Below, piece after piece: positions 1 through 11,284 of a stretch of DNA of 34,977 bases. This DNA is from Acidobacteriota bacterium (GTDB lineage Bacteria; Acidobacteriota; Thermoanaerobaculia; Multivoradales; JAHEKO01). The DNA is taken from assembly GCA_027296385.1 (NCBI GenBank), contig JAPUJD010000160.1, positions 1 through 34,977 on the forward strand, written 5' to 3'. How positions within the stretch are numbered: the first letter of the stretch is position 1; the number at the start of each line of letters is the position of its first letter. Made by a program: the position numbers and the translations under genes. A model generated the notes under the pieces. The model made no database searches. It saw only the letters and a list, made by a program, of their open reading frames with translations, and had not been told where the DNA came from.

Positions 1-427
1 GCTTGTTGTACTGCAGCACCAACGGGATCTCGTTGATCTCGATCCCCAGCTCGGCGAGGTTGACTTCCAGGTTGCGGAACGACTCCACGTTCGACGGCAG
101 CATGGCCGGTTGGGAGTCAGCGACGAAGACGATTCCATCCACTCCCTTGAGGACCAGGCGCCGGGTGCTGTTGTAGAACACCTGGCCTGGCACCGTGTAG
201 AGCTGGATCCGAGTGTGGAAGCCGGCGACGGTTCCTACCTCCAGGGGCAGGAGGTCGAAAAAAAGCGTGCGGTCCGTCTCGGTGGAGAGGGAAACCATCT
301 TGCCCCGCGCTTCGGCGCGGGTGTGATGGAAGACGTACTTCAGACTCGTGGTCTTCCCGCACAGACCGGGACCGTAGTACACGATCTTGGCAGACATCTG
401 TCGTGTGCTGAAGTTGAACGAAGCCAT
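1..427 (-). CDS. mglA: MglA-type Ras-like small GTPase (motility/polarity regulator); 3' end cut by window edge
   Basis: Absent from the ORF track because it runs off the window. My reverse-strand translation from the ATG (complement of 425-427) reads [89 protein letters not shown]. The P-loop GPGLCGKTT, the [10 protein letters not shown] segment and the TVPGQ motif are the MglA signature. Confidence 0.9.
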   Translation of the reverse strand, partial: MASFNFSTRQMSAKIVYYGPGLCGKTTSLKYVFHHTRAEARGKMVSLSTETDRTLFFDLLPLEVGTVAGFHTRIQLYTVPGQVFYNSTRRLVLKGVDGIVFVADSQPAMLPSNVESFRNLEVNLAELGIEINEIPLVLQYNK

Positions 428-642
428 CGGAGACAGCACCCCATCTCATTCGGCGGAGCCAGAACTGCCCGCTCGCTGGGGGTCGAACTGTAACACTAAC
501 CGCTCTCGTTGACTGTCGTCGGTGCATTGCCGATCTCCGGGCGCCCCGTAGTGTGTGAACAACGGTTACAATACCGCCGGTCTGCGCAGCGACGACCGAC
601 GCTTCGTGGCCACTTGTCAAGATACGCAACGCGAGCAACGCC

Positions 643-1701
643 GTGCAAGAATCGACTCCATCAGAACTCACTGCCCGGGATCGCGAGATCCTGCGCGACG
701 TGGTACGGAGCTTCATCGAGACCGGTGCCCCGGTGAGTTCTCGTGCCGTGGCCAAGGGCCGACGGCTAGGACTCTCGGCGGCGACCATCCGCAACAGCAT
801 GGCCGATCTCGAGGAGGCCGGCTACCTGTCGCAGCCCCATGCGTCCTCCGGTCGCGTGCCGACAGAAACCGGCTACCACACCTACATCGAGACGTTGATG
901 CCCAACGAGCGGATCGGGGCCGCGGACAAGCGCCTGATCGACGAAAACCTGCCAGCGCAGGCCGACGGCGAGGAGCTGGTGAGCCGAGCCGGTCAGGTCT
1001 TGTCGGAGTTGACTCACCAGATCGGCGTGGTCCTGACGCCGGCTGTTGGGGATACGATTCTGCGGACCCTGACCCTGGTGCCGCTCTCGGGCTCTCGAGC
1101 CCTCTGTGTGGTGGTCTCGACCAGCGGCTTCGTCGATCACAAGATCATCGAGTTTGAAGTCGAGGTGAGCCGAGACCACCTGACCCAGGCATCGAACTAC
1201 ATGACGGATCATTTCGCCGGCATGACGGTGCGCCAGGCCCGCGAACACTTACTGGTCCTCATGGCCGAAGAGCAGGCCCAGGTCAACAGGCTCCTGTCGC
1301 GAACCCTCGCCCTGGCGCGGCAGGCGCTAGCGGATGCCCACGGGCCCGAGGTGCTCGTCGAAGGGGCCGCTGCGGTCCTGACCCGGCCAGAGCTCGATGA
1401 CGTGTCGCGCGTCCGCCGGCTGGTGGAGAAGTTCAACGACCGTGCACAGCTCGTCCAGGTGCTGAATCAGCTGATTAGCGGCCAGGGTGTGAGAGTCGTG
1501 ATCGGAGAGGAGAGCGAGCTGACTTCGGACGTCGATTTCAGTCTCGTGGCCAAAACCTACGGCACCGAGGACCACACGCTCGGCACGGTCGGAGTTTTTG
1601 GGCCTTCGCGGATGCAATATCAACGGGTGATCCCGTTGGTGGACTACCTCGGAGACAAGTTGAGCTACGCCTTGCAGGCTACGGCGGGCGGTTTGAAGTG
1701 A
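643..1701 (+). CDS. hrcA: Heat-inducible transcription repressor HrcA
   Basis: 352-aa ORF with a GTG start. The N-terminal winged-helix region is LTARDREILRDVVRSFIETGAPVSSRAV..ATIRNSMADLEEAGYLSQPHASSGRVPTETGY. It lies immediately upstream of grpE-dnaK-dnaJ. Confidence 0.9.
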   Translation: MQESTPSELTARDREILRDVVRSFIETGAPVSSRAVAKGRRLGLSAATIRNSMADLEEAGYLSQPHASSGRVPTETGYHTYIETLMPNERIGAADKRLIDENLPAQADGEELVSRAGQVLSELTHQIGVVLTPAVGDTILRTLTLVPLSGSRALCVVVSTSGFVDHKIIEFEVEVSRDHLTQASNYMTDHFAGMTVRQAREHLLVLMAEEQAQVNRLLSRTLALARQALADAHGPEVLVEGAAAVLTRPELDDVSRVRRLVEKFNDRAQLVQVLNQLISGQGVRVVIGEESELTSDVDFSLVAKTYGTEDHTLGTVGVFGPSRMQYQRVIPLVDYLGDKLSYALQATAGGLK

Positions 1702-1720
1702 CTGTGGAGATGAGGGCTAG

Positions 1721-2386
1721 ATGAGCGAAGAGGACAGACAAGAGGTTGAGATTGCGCCTGAGGAAGAGCCGATCGACCTGGACACCGATGCCACCGAAGA
1801 GCTCGAAGTCGCCATGCGCGAAGCCCTGGAGGCGATCGAGAGCGGGAAGTCGGCGGCAAGCGCCGCCAGCCGAGCCGACATCCAGTTGGCCGAGCCGGAG
1901 GGCGCTGACGATGTTCTGAGCACTCTTCAGCGAGAGGCCGAGGACCACCGCGACCTGGCTCTGCGCTCGCGCGCCGATCTCGAGAACTACCGCAAGCGGG
2001 TACAGCGGGAGCGCCAGGAGGAGAGCCGTTTCAAGGCCTTCGAGCCGATGCGCGACTTTTTGACCGTGATCGACAACCTGGAGCGGGCCCTGGTGTCCCC
2101 AGGGTCGGTCGAGGACCTGAAGCAGGGCGTGGAGATGATCCTGCGCCAGATGGGCAATCTCCTGCGGGACAACGGGGTGGAGAGGATCGAAGCCCTGGGC
2201 CAGGGGTTCGATCCGAGCTTGCACGAGGCGGTGAGCCGCGACGAGGACGCCAGCGTAGAGGTTCCAACGGTCAGCGAGGAGATGCAGGCCGGCTATACCA
2301 TGCACGGCCGGCTCCTGCGACCCGCAGTGGTGAAGGTGGCCATGCCGGCCAGCCAGGCGGGGGCGACTGGCGACGACGAAGTCTAG
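1721..2386 (+). CDS. grpE: Nucleotide exchange factor GrpE
   Basis: 221-aa ORF with an acidic N-terminus, the ADLENYRKRVQRE coiled-coil motif and a C-terminal FDPSLHEAV segment. It sits between hrcA and dnaK. Confidence 0.92.
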   Translation: MSEEDRQEVEIAPEEEPIDLDTDATEELEVAMREALEAIESGKSAASAASRADIQLAEPEGADDVLSTLQREAEDHRDLALRSRADLENYRKRVQRERQEESRFKAFEPMRDFLTVIDNLERALVSPGSVEDLKQGVEMILRQMGNLLRDNGVERIEALGQGFDPSLHEAVSRDEDASVEVPTVSEEMQAGYTMHGRLLRPAVVKVAMPASQAGATGDDEV

Positions 2387-2412
2387 CGCCGCGACACGGG
2401 GCGAGGAACCGA

Positions 2413-4244
<1,832 letters not shown>

Positions 4245-4248
<4 letters not shown>

Positions 4249-5360
4249 GTCAGCGCGACTATTTCGAGGTCCTCGGCGTCGATCGTGGAGCCGATCGCAA
4301 GACCGTCAAGGCGGCGTATCGCAAGCTGGCGGTCAAGTACCATCCCGACCGCAATTCTGGTGACGAGGAGGCGGAGGCCAAGTTCAAGGCAGCCTCGGAA
4401 GCCTACGCCGTGCTCTCCGACCCCGAGAAGCGGGCGCGCTACGAGCGCTTCGGCCGGGCTGGAGTCGGCAGCGCCGGCCCCACCGGCTTCGATCCCGAGA
4501 CTTTCGGCGATTTCGCCGACATTCTTGGCGACTTCTTCGGGTCGGGGTTCGGCGATCTCTTCGGCGGTCAGAGGCGCCGGGGGCGGCGTCCTGGCGCCGA
4601 TCTGCGCTACGAGCTCGAGCTGACCCTCGAGGAAGCGGCCTTCGGCGTCGACAAGCGACTGGATATCCCGCGGCTCGAGACCTGTGGTGCTTGCTCCGGT
4701 AGCGGAGGTGCCGAGGGCAGTCGGCCGGTGACCTGTTCGGCGTGCGGCGGTCGTGGGCAGGTGCGGGTCACTCAGGGGTTCTTTTCGGTCGCGCGAACCT
4801 GTCCGCAGTGTCGCGGCGAGGGATCCGTCGTCACCAATCCTTGTCGCGAGTGCAGCGGCGAGGGTCGGATCGAGAAGCACCGGCACGTGGGTATCTCCGT
4901 ACCGGCGGGAGTGGACACCAACACCCGCTTGCGGCGTGCCGGTGAGGGCGAGCACGGACGGCGTGGCGGGGCGCCGGGCGATCTCTACGTCGATATCGTC
5001 GTGCGGCCCCACGAGCGCTTCGAGCGCCGCGGTGCCGACGTCCTCGGTAGCGTGAGGATCACCTTTCCCGAGGCCGTGCTCGGAGCCGACCTCCAGGTCG
5101 ATACGCTGCACGGGAAGGCGGATCTCGAGATTCCTGCCGGCACCACCCATGGAGCGTTGTTCCGGCTGCGCCGCAAGGGCATCGCTCGTCTCGACGGTCG
5201 GGGCCGCGGGGACCACGTCGTCCAGGCGGAGGTCGAGGTGCCCCACCCGCGAGATCTCGACGACGAGCGCCTCGAACTACTCCAGCGATGGGCCGAGCTC
5301 GACGGTAGCAACGTTCGCGAGCGGCGAGTGCTCGACCGGGTACGAGACCTTTTCGGTTGA
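4245..5360 (+). CDS. dnaJ: Co-chaperone DnaJ (Hsp40)
   Basis: J domain with YHPDRN, a G/F-rich linker, and four zinc-finger repeats (CGACSGSG, CSACGGRG, CPQCRGEG, CRECSGEG). The GTG start overlaps the dnaK stop (GTGA). Confidence 0.95.
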
Positions 5361-6091
5361 GCGCTGGCTCGGTGCGTGCCCCCGCGACGGTCTACCTCCA
5401 ACCGGCGGTCTGGGAGGGGGCCGAGGCCGAGGTGTCCGGGGACCAGTATCGCCATCTCTTCCGTGCGAAGCGTCTGGCCGTGGGTGAGCTCTTGCGCGCC
5501 GTCGACGGCCGTGGCCGGGCGCGAGAGGCGCGGGTGGGCTCGGTTGGCCCCGCCGCAGCGGTCGTCGAGCTCGGCGCCGAAGCGCCTAGCAACGAGGCCG
5601 CTCGCCGCTTGACCCTGATCGTTGCCGTGCTGCGGCCTGAACGTGCTTCGTGGCTGGTGGAGAAGGCGACCGAGCTAGGGGCTCACCGCTTCGTTTGGCT
5701 CAGCACCGGACGCGCACCGCGACACTTCGGCCCTTCCGTGCTCGAGCGCCACCGGCGGGTGGCGGTGGCGGCGATGCAGCAGAGCGGCCGGTCCTGGCTG
5801 CCGGACGTCGATGGCCCCCATGACTGGCAAGCGCTGCCTGGGCTGCTTGAGGGATTCGAGGCTCGGCGGGTGCTCGACCCGGCGGGCCGGCGGTTGACGG
5901 CGATGCCTGACGAGGCCGAGCGGGTCGCTGTAGTCGTGGGTCCGGAGGGGGGCTGGGGCGAGGCCGAACGCCGCGAGCTCGAAAAGCTCGGGTGCGAGCC
6001 GCGGTCCCTGGGTCCGAGGATCCTGCGCGTCGAGACCGCGGCCATAGCCGGGGCAGCGCTGCTCCTCTCCGGTGCCGGCCCTAGAAGATAG
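5357..6091 (+). CDS. rsmE: 16S rRNA (uracil1498-N3)-methyltransferase RsmE family
   Basis: 244 aa with the C-terminal SPOUT motif VVVGPEGGWGEAE..LGPRILRVETAAIAGAALL. The start is uncertain: TTG at 5357 overlaps the dnaJ stop, and an in-frame GTG at 5372 is an alternative. Confidence 0.8.
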   Translation: MSAGSVRAPATVYLQPAVWEGAEAEVSGDQYRHLFRAKRLAVGELLRAVDGRGRAREARVGSVGPAAAVVELGAEAPSNEAARRLTLIVAVLRPERASWLVEKATELGAHRFVWLSTGRAPRHFGPSVLERHRRVAVAAMQQSGRSWLPDVDGPHDWQALPGLLEGFEARRVLDPAGRRLTAMPDEAERVAVVVGPEGGWGEAERRELEKLGCEPRSLGPRILRVETAAIAGAALLLSGAGPRR

Positions 6092-6207
6092 CGTGCCCTG
6101 TCCTGTTTGGTCTCCCTGGCTGATCTACTGCCCTGCCTGCTAGGCTTGCGTGCGGTACACGAGGGCCGGCTAGGCGTCAGAGCGGGCTCGAAGCTGGGAG
6201 AAGGCTC

Positions 6208-7365
6208 ATGAACATCAACGATCTCCTCAAGATTGCCGTCGAGCGCGAGGCGTCCGACATCCATCTCAAGGTGGGTAACCACCCGATCCTGCGGATCAGC
6301 GGACGGCTCCATCCCCTGATCGAGATCAGCCGTCTGATGCAGGACGACACCGCGGCGATGGCGTTCTCGATCATGAACGCGCGCCAGAAGCAGAAGTTCA
6401 AAGAGGACTTGGAGATCGACATCGGCTACTCGGTTCCCGGTCTCGGGCGGTTCCGTTCCAACGTGTTTCAGCAGCGCGGTGCCGTGGGTCTGGTCCTGCG
6501 CGTCGTTCCCACTCGCATCCTCGCTATCCGCGAGCTGATGTTGCCGCCGGTGCTGGAGAAGATCGCCGACTCCCAGCGCGGCCTCGTGCTGGTCACCGGG
6601 ACGACCGGTTCCGGCAAGTCGACCACCCTGGCGGCGATGATCGATTACATCAACAACCAGCGGACCGAGCATATAGTCACGATCGAGGATCCGATCGAGT
6701 TCATCCATCAGGACAAGAAGTCGATCATCAATCAACGCGAGCTCGACGTCGACACCCGCGGTTTCGCCCCGGCGCTGCGCTCGGCCCTGCGTCAGGACCC
6801 CGACGTCATCCTCGTCGGTGAGATGCGTGACTACGAGACCATCGAGACGGCCCTTCTGGCGGCCGAGACCGGCCATCTCGTGCTCTCCACCCTGCATACC
6901 CTGGATGCGACCGAGACCGTCAACCGAGTCATCGCGGTCTTTCCGCCGCACCAGCAAAAGCAGATCCGCCTCCAGCTGTCGCAGGTTCTGCGGGCCATCA
7001 TCTCGCTGCGCCTGATGCCTCGAGCCGACGGTGTCGGCCGGGTGCCGGCGACGGAGGTCCTGATCTCGACCGGCTACATTCGCGAGTGCATCGAGAACAA
7101 GGAAAAGACCAAATACATCCGCGAGCAGATCGCACTCGGCACGAGCCAATACGGGATGCAGACCTTCGATCAGTCGCTCTATCGGTTGTACGAGAACGGT
7201 CTCATCACCTTCGACGAGGCCTTGCGCCGAGCCTCCAATCCGGACGAATTCAAGCTCAAGGTCCAGGGCGTGCAGTTCACCAGCGACGAGGCGCGGGGGG
7301 AGATGGAGGCGTCGATCGAGATGGGCAGCCTGGTCTCAGATCCGACGTCCGATTTCGAATCCTGA
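6208..7365 (+). CDS. pilT: PilT/PilU-family type IV pilus retraction ATPase
   Basis: 385 aa. Walker A is LVTGTTGSGKSTT; ILVGEMRDYETIETALLAAETGHLVLSTLHT is the PilT core. The C-terminus GMQTFDQSLYRLYENGLITFDEALRRASNPDEF looks PilU-like. A GGGAGAAGG Shine-Dalgarno lies upstream. Confidence 0.88.
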   Translation: MNINDLLKIAVEREASDIHLKVGNHPILRISGRLHPLIEISRLMQDDTAAMAFSIMNARQKQKFKEDLEIDIGYSVPGLGRFRSNVFQQRGAVGLVLRVVPTRILAIRELMLPPVLEKIADSQRGLVLVTGTTGSGKSTTLAAMIDYINNQRTEHIVTIEDPIEFIHQDKKSIINQRELDVDTRGFAPALRSALRQDPDVILVGEMRDYETIETALLAAETGHLVLSTLHTLDATETVNRVIAVFPPHQQKQIRLQLSQVLRAIISLRLMPRADGVGRVPATEVLISTGYIRECIENKEKTKYIREQIALGTSQYGMQTFDQSLYRLYENGLITFDEALRRASNPDEFKLKVQGVQFTSDEARGEMEASIEMGSLVSDPTSDFES

Positions 7366-7392
7366 GCCGTCGCTGACCTCCGGGCAAGTGAG

Positions 7393-7905
7393 ATGAACGA
7401 CCACGGCCGTGCACGTCGCGGTGATTCGGGTGTTTTGCGCGGCTCAGCCGAGGCCCTGTCCAAAGCTGTCGATCTCCTGGCCTTGCGGCCTCATTTCAGG
7501 GCGGAGCTGGCGCTGAAGCTGGCTCGGCGGGCCTTCGAGGGTGAGGTCGTGATCGCGACCCTGGATCGACTGGAAGAGCTTGGCTACCTCGACGATCTCG
7601 CAGCGGCCCGGGGTTTCGCCGAGGGGAAAGCGCTTCGAGCCGGTTGGGGGCCGAGACGCCTGAGGGCAGAGCTGGCGCGGCGGGGAGTCGCGGACGATAC
7701 GGTGGCCACGGTCGTCGCTGGGGCGTTTGCCGATGGCGAGGGCGCCGCGGTGCGCTCGGCGGCCGAGCGTTGGACTGCCAGGGGTGGGAGCGGCCGCGAC
7801 CGACTGGCGCGTTATCTAGACCGCCGGGGGTTCTCAAAGGCGGCGATCGTTGAGATATTGAGCGAGTTTGCGGGAGAGTCCGGGAGTCAGCATGAAGAGT
7901 TCTGA
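7393..7905 (+). CDS. recX: RecA regulator RecX
   Basis: 170 aa of helical repeats with the pattern LALRPHFRAELALKLARR..LDRLEELGYLDDLAAARGFAE..RRLRAELARRGV. It lies directly upstream of alaS, as in the E. coli recA-recX-alaS arrangement. The call is weaker than for the neighbouring genes. Confidence 0.7.
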   Translation: MNDHGRARRGDSGVLRGSAEALSKAVDLLALRPHFRAELALKLARRAFEGEVVIATLDRLEELGYLDDLAAARGFAEGKALRAGWGPRRLRAELARRGVADDTVATVVAGAFADGEGAAVRSAAERWTARGGSGRDRLARYLDRRGFSKAAIVEILSEFAGESGSQHEEF

Positions 7906-10561
7906 GGTGAGACAGAGTTTCATCGACTACTTCGCCCAACGCGGGCACGAGCACCGGCCGAGCGCTGGGCTGGTGCCGCACGGCGATGCGACGCTGCTCT
8001 TCACCAACGCCGGCATGGTCCAGTTCAAGGACTTCTTTCTCGGTCTCGAGCCACCACCTTTCCTGCGCGCCGTCACCTCTCAGAAGTGCATGCGGGTCTC
8101 GGGCAAGCACAACGATCTCGAGAACGTCGGCCCCAGCCCGCGACATCACACATTCTTCGAGATGTTGGGCAATTTTTCCTTCGGCGACTACTTCAAGGCC
8201 GAGGCGATCGAGTTCGCCTGGGAGTTGGTGACGGGGGTCTGGGGCCTGCCGCCGGAGCATCTCTTCGCCACGGTCTACGAGCAGGACGACGACGCAGAAG
8301 ACTTGTGGCGGCGAATCTCCGGCTTGCCGTCGGAGCGCGTGCTGCGCTGTGGCAAGAAGGACAACTTCTGGAGCATGGGCGATACGGGGCCCTGTGGACC
8401 GTGCAGCGAGATCTTCGTCGACCTCCATCCCGGAGAGTCCCACGGCGATTGGCACGAGGGCTCGGAGAACGGCCGCTATCTCGAGATCTGGAACCTCGTC
8501 TTCATGCAGTTCGATCGCGCCACCGACGGCACCCTGTCGGAGCTGCCCAACCCCTCGATCGACACCGGCGCAGGACTCGAGCGGGTGGCGGCCGTGCTCC
8601 AGGGCGTGGAGTCCAACTACGACACCGATCTCTTCCAGCCGCTCCTGCGCTCGACCGCGGTTCTGGCCGGACGCGAGTATGGCGCCCAAGCCGACGATGA
8701 CGTTTCGATGCGCGTCATCGCCGACCATTTGCGGGCCGTCACCTTCCTCCTCGCGGACGGGGTCATCCCGAGCAACGAGGGGCGCGGCTACGTGCTCCGG
8801 AGAATCCTGCGGCGGGCGGTACGCCACGGCATGAATCTCGGTTTCGAAGATCCCTTTCTCAACCGATTGGTGCCTGTCGTCGGAGAGGTCCTCGGCGCTC
8901 ACTACCCGGAACTGGCTGCTACCGGGCGCAGCTCGGTGGATACGGTGGCGGCGGAGGAGTCCAAGTTCCTCGAGACGGTGGCGAGGGCGTCGCAGCAGGT
9001 CCAGGCCGCGATCGACCGCGCCCGCGCGGCCGGCGAATCGGTTCTCGACGGCGAGACGGTGTTTCGGTTCTACGACACCCACGGCCTTCCAGTAGAGCTG
9101 ATTCGTGAGATTGCCGAGGAGGAGCGCTTCGCGATCGATGAGGAGGGCTTTACGCGGGAGCTCGAAGGGCAGCGCTCACGTTCACGGGCCGCGAGTATGG
9201 GCGGAAAGAATCGACTAGAGCAGGCCAGTCTCGAAGACACGGCGCCGAGCAGGTTCATTGGCTACAGCACACTCGAAGAGCCCCAGGCTGTCGTCTCGGG
9301 GGTCAGCCTTGAACTGACCGAGGGCGAACACAGCGGAGAGTTCGTCCCGCTCAAAGCGTCTCAGTCTCTGGTTGCGGGCGAGGCGGGGGTGGCCGCTTTC
9401 GAGCCGACACCGTTCTATGCCGAGGCCGGTGGGCAAGTTGGCGACCGGGGAGTCCTGACCTGGAAAGGCGGCGGTCGGGCCGTGGTCACCGACACGCAGA
9501 AGAGCCGGCTAGACACGCACTTGCATTTCCTGACCGTGGAGAAGGGTGAGCTCAGGGTGGGCCAAACCGTTAGGGCCGAGGTCGATCCCGCGCATCGCCG
9601 CCCTACCCAGAGAAACCATACGGCCACGCACCTGCTGCAAGCGGCCCTGCGACATGTCCTCGGCGAGGGTGTACGGCAGGCCGGATCACTCGTCGCGCCC
9701 GACCGGCTGCGATTCGATTTCACTCACGGCGGGCCGCTGACCACGACTCAGCTCGACGAGATCGAGGACATCGTCAACCGCTGGGTGCTCGCCGCCAAGG
9801 ACGTCGAGATCACCGATGACCGTGACTTGGACGAGGCCGTGAAGGCGGGCGCTATGGCGCTCTTTGGCGAGAAGTACGACGATCGGGTGCGGACCGTCGA
9901 GGTGGCGGGCGGCGTCGGCAGTTTCGAGCTCTGCGGCGGGTGCCACGTTCGCAACACCGGCGAGATCGGTTCCATGCAGATCGTGAGCGAGCGCGGGGTC
10001 GCCTCCGGCGTTCGCCGCATCGAGGCTCTGACCGGCGAAGGAGCGCTGGCCGAAACCCGCCGCCGGCGGGCCCTGCTGGCGCGCGCCAGCGAGGAGTTGG
10101 ACAGTTCCGAGGAGCGCCTCGTCGAGGAGATTCGCAGCCTCAAGGCTCATTCGCGGGAGCTGGAGCGTGAGCTCTCGCGGGCGCGGATCGAGCTCGTTTC
10201 GAGCGCCGGCGACGACGACGAGGCCGTCGACGTCGACGGTGTCGCCGTGTGGGTGCGCGAAGTGGCGCCGGCGCCGCCCAGCGAACTGCGCACCATGGCC
10301 GACGTTCTGCGTGGCAAGCTGGGCTCGGGCGTCGTCGTTCTCGGCAGCCGGGGTGACGGCAAGGTCAGCCTCGTCGTCGCCGTCACACCGGACGTGACGG
10401 ACCGATTGCAAGCCAGTGATCTGGTGGGTGAGCTCGCGCCGATGGTCGGCGGCGCCGGTGGTGGACGGCTCGACTTCGCCCAGGCAGGAGGCCGGCAGCC
10501 GGAGAACCTGGACGCGACGCTTGCCGCGGCGCCGGAGATCGTGCGTCGGCTTTTGGGTTGA
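7892..10561 (+). CDS. alaS: Alanine--tRNA ligase
   Basis: The track ORF begins at 7868. I place the start at ATG 7892 (MKSSEVRQSFIDYF, the canonical AlaRS N-terminus). Motifs are FTNAGMVQFK, HHTFFEMLGNFSFGDYFK, editing-domain HTATHLLQAAL, and a C-terminal DHHA1-like region. Confidence 0.95.
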   Translation: MKSSEVRQSFIDYFAQRGHEHRPSAGLVPHGDATLLFTNAGMVQFKDFFLGLEPPPFLRAVTSQKCMRVSGKHNDLENVGPSPRHHTFFEMLGNFSFGDYFKAEAIEFAWELVTGVWGLPPEHLFATVYEQDDDAEDLWRRISGLPSERVLRCGKKDNFWSMGDTGPCGPCSEIFVDLHPGESHGDWHEGSENGRYLEIWNLVFMQFDRATDGTLSELPNPSIDTGAGLERVAAVLQGVESNYDTDLFQPLLRSTAVLAGREYGAQADDDVSMRVIADHLRAVTFLLADGVIPSNEGRGYVLRRILRRAVRHGMNLGFEDPFLNRLVPVVGEVLGAHYPELAATGRSSVDTVAAEESKFLETVARASQQVQAAIDRARAAGESVLDGETVFRFYDTHGLPVELIREIAEEERFAIDEEGFTRELEGQRSRSRAASMGGKNRLEQASLEDTAPSRFIGYSTLEEPQAVVSGVSLELTEGEHSGEFVPLKASQSLVAGEAGVAAFEPTPFYAEAGGQVGDRGVLTWKGGGRAVVTDTQKSRLDTHLHFLTVEKGELRVGQTVRAEVDPAHRRPTQRNHTATHLLQAALRHVLGEGVRQAGSLVAPDRLRFDFTHGGPLTTTQLDEIEDIVNRWVLAAKDVEITDDRDLDEAVKAGAMALFGEKYDDRVRTVEVAGGVGSFELCGGCHVRNTGEIGSMQIVSERGVASGVRRIEALTGEGALAETRRRRALLARASEELDSSEERLVEEIRSLKAHSRELERELSRARIELVSSAGDDDEAVDVDGVAVWVREVAPAPPSELRTMADVLRGKLGSGVVVLGSRGDGKVSLVVAVTPDVTDRLQASDLVGELAPMVGGAGGGRLDFAQAGGRQPENLDATLAAAPEIVRRLLG

Positions 10562-10582
10562 CATTGGTAGACTCAGACCTGG

Positions 10583-11224
10583 ATGCGATGGTTGACTCCC
10601 ATTCTCGTGCTGGCCCTGGTGGCACCGGCGGCGTCCGCCACCGTCAGGGTCGAGACCGGCCCTGACGGGCGCAAGGTGATCTCCAACATTGGCAGCGTCG
10701 CCGGTAGGCGAGCACCCAGCCTCGGGCGTGCGATCCCGCCACAGACGCTCGAACCCCTGGTGACGAGCCTCGCGGCTCGCCATCGACTGGACCCCAGACT
10801 CGTGCATGCGGTCATTCGGGTCGAATCCGGCTACAACCCGCGGGCGATCTCCTCGAAAGGGGCGATCGGTCTCATGCAGTTGATGCCGGCCACGGCGCGC
10901 GAGCTCGATATCGATGACCCCTTCGACCCGGCGCAGAACATCGCCGGCGGCACGCGATACCTCAGAAGCCTGCTCGATCGCTTCCAGGGCAGTCTCGAGC
11001 TGGCCCTTGCCGGATACAACGCCGGCCCGGAGGCGGTACGGCGATTCGGCGGGGTGCCGCCCTTCGCCGAGACCAGGACCTATGTCGAGCGGGTGCTACG
11101 GGACTACCGCGACGACAAGACCTACAGCCTGGCGCGCGGCGGAGCGGCCAGGGTCGGTCGACAGGTCCATGTGCGGCGCGACCCCAGCGGGCGCAGGGTC
11201 CTGACGACCGCGGCCGGCAACTGA
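10583..11224 (+). CDS. Secreted lytic transglycosylase (SLT domain)
   Basis: Signal peptide MRWLTPILVLALVAPAASA. The SLT catalytic block is VIRVESGYNPRAISSKGAIGLMQLMPATA..AGYNAGPEAV. Confidence 0.85.
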   Translation: MRWLTPILVLALVAPAASATVRVETGPDGRKVISNIGSVAGRRAPSLGRAIPPQTLEPLVTSLAARHRLDPRLVHAVIRVESGYNPRAISSKGAIGLMQLMPATARELDIDDPFDPAQNIAGGTRYLRSLLDRFQGSLELALAGYNAGPEAVRRFGGVPPFAETRTYVERVLRDYRDDKTYSLARGGAARVGRQVHVRRDPSGRRVLTTAAGN

Positions 11225-11284
11225 ATCGTCGCCTCGGAAGGCCCCGGCCCGATCTCGCTCCAGACTGCGATACCCTCACCTGCC

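Noticed and set aside
489-515. TAACACTAACCGCTCTCGTTGACTG upstream of hrcA, considered as a degenerate CIRCE.
   Set aside because: Only the left half resembles TTAGCACTC. No GAGTGCTAA-like right half lies at N9 spacing.
5683-7149. Long antisense ORFs opposite well-supported genes: 5683-7149, 7496-9082, 11703-13532, 16654-17952, 21849-23639 and 33788-34945 (all minus). Many shorter R/G/P/A-rich ORFs appear on both strands.
   Set aside because: Each lies antisense or out of frame to a gene with strong motif-level identity (pilT, alaS, MMPL, rimM/trmD/rplS, icd, aconitase-family). Their translations are Arg/Gly/Pro-rich low-complexity sequence typical of spurious open frames in GC-rich DNA. None shows a recognisable domain.
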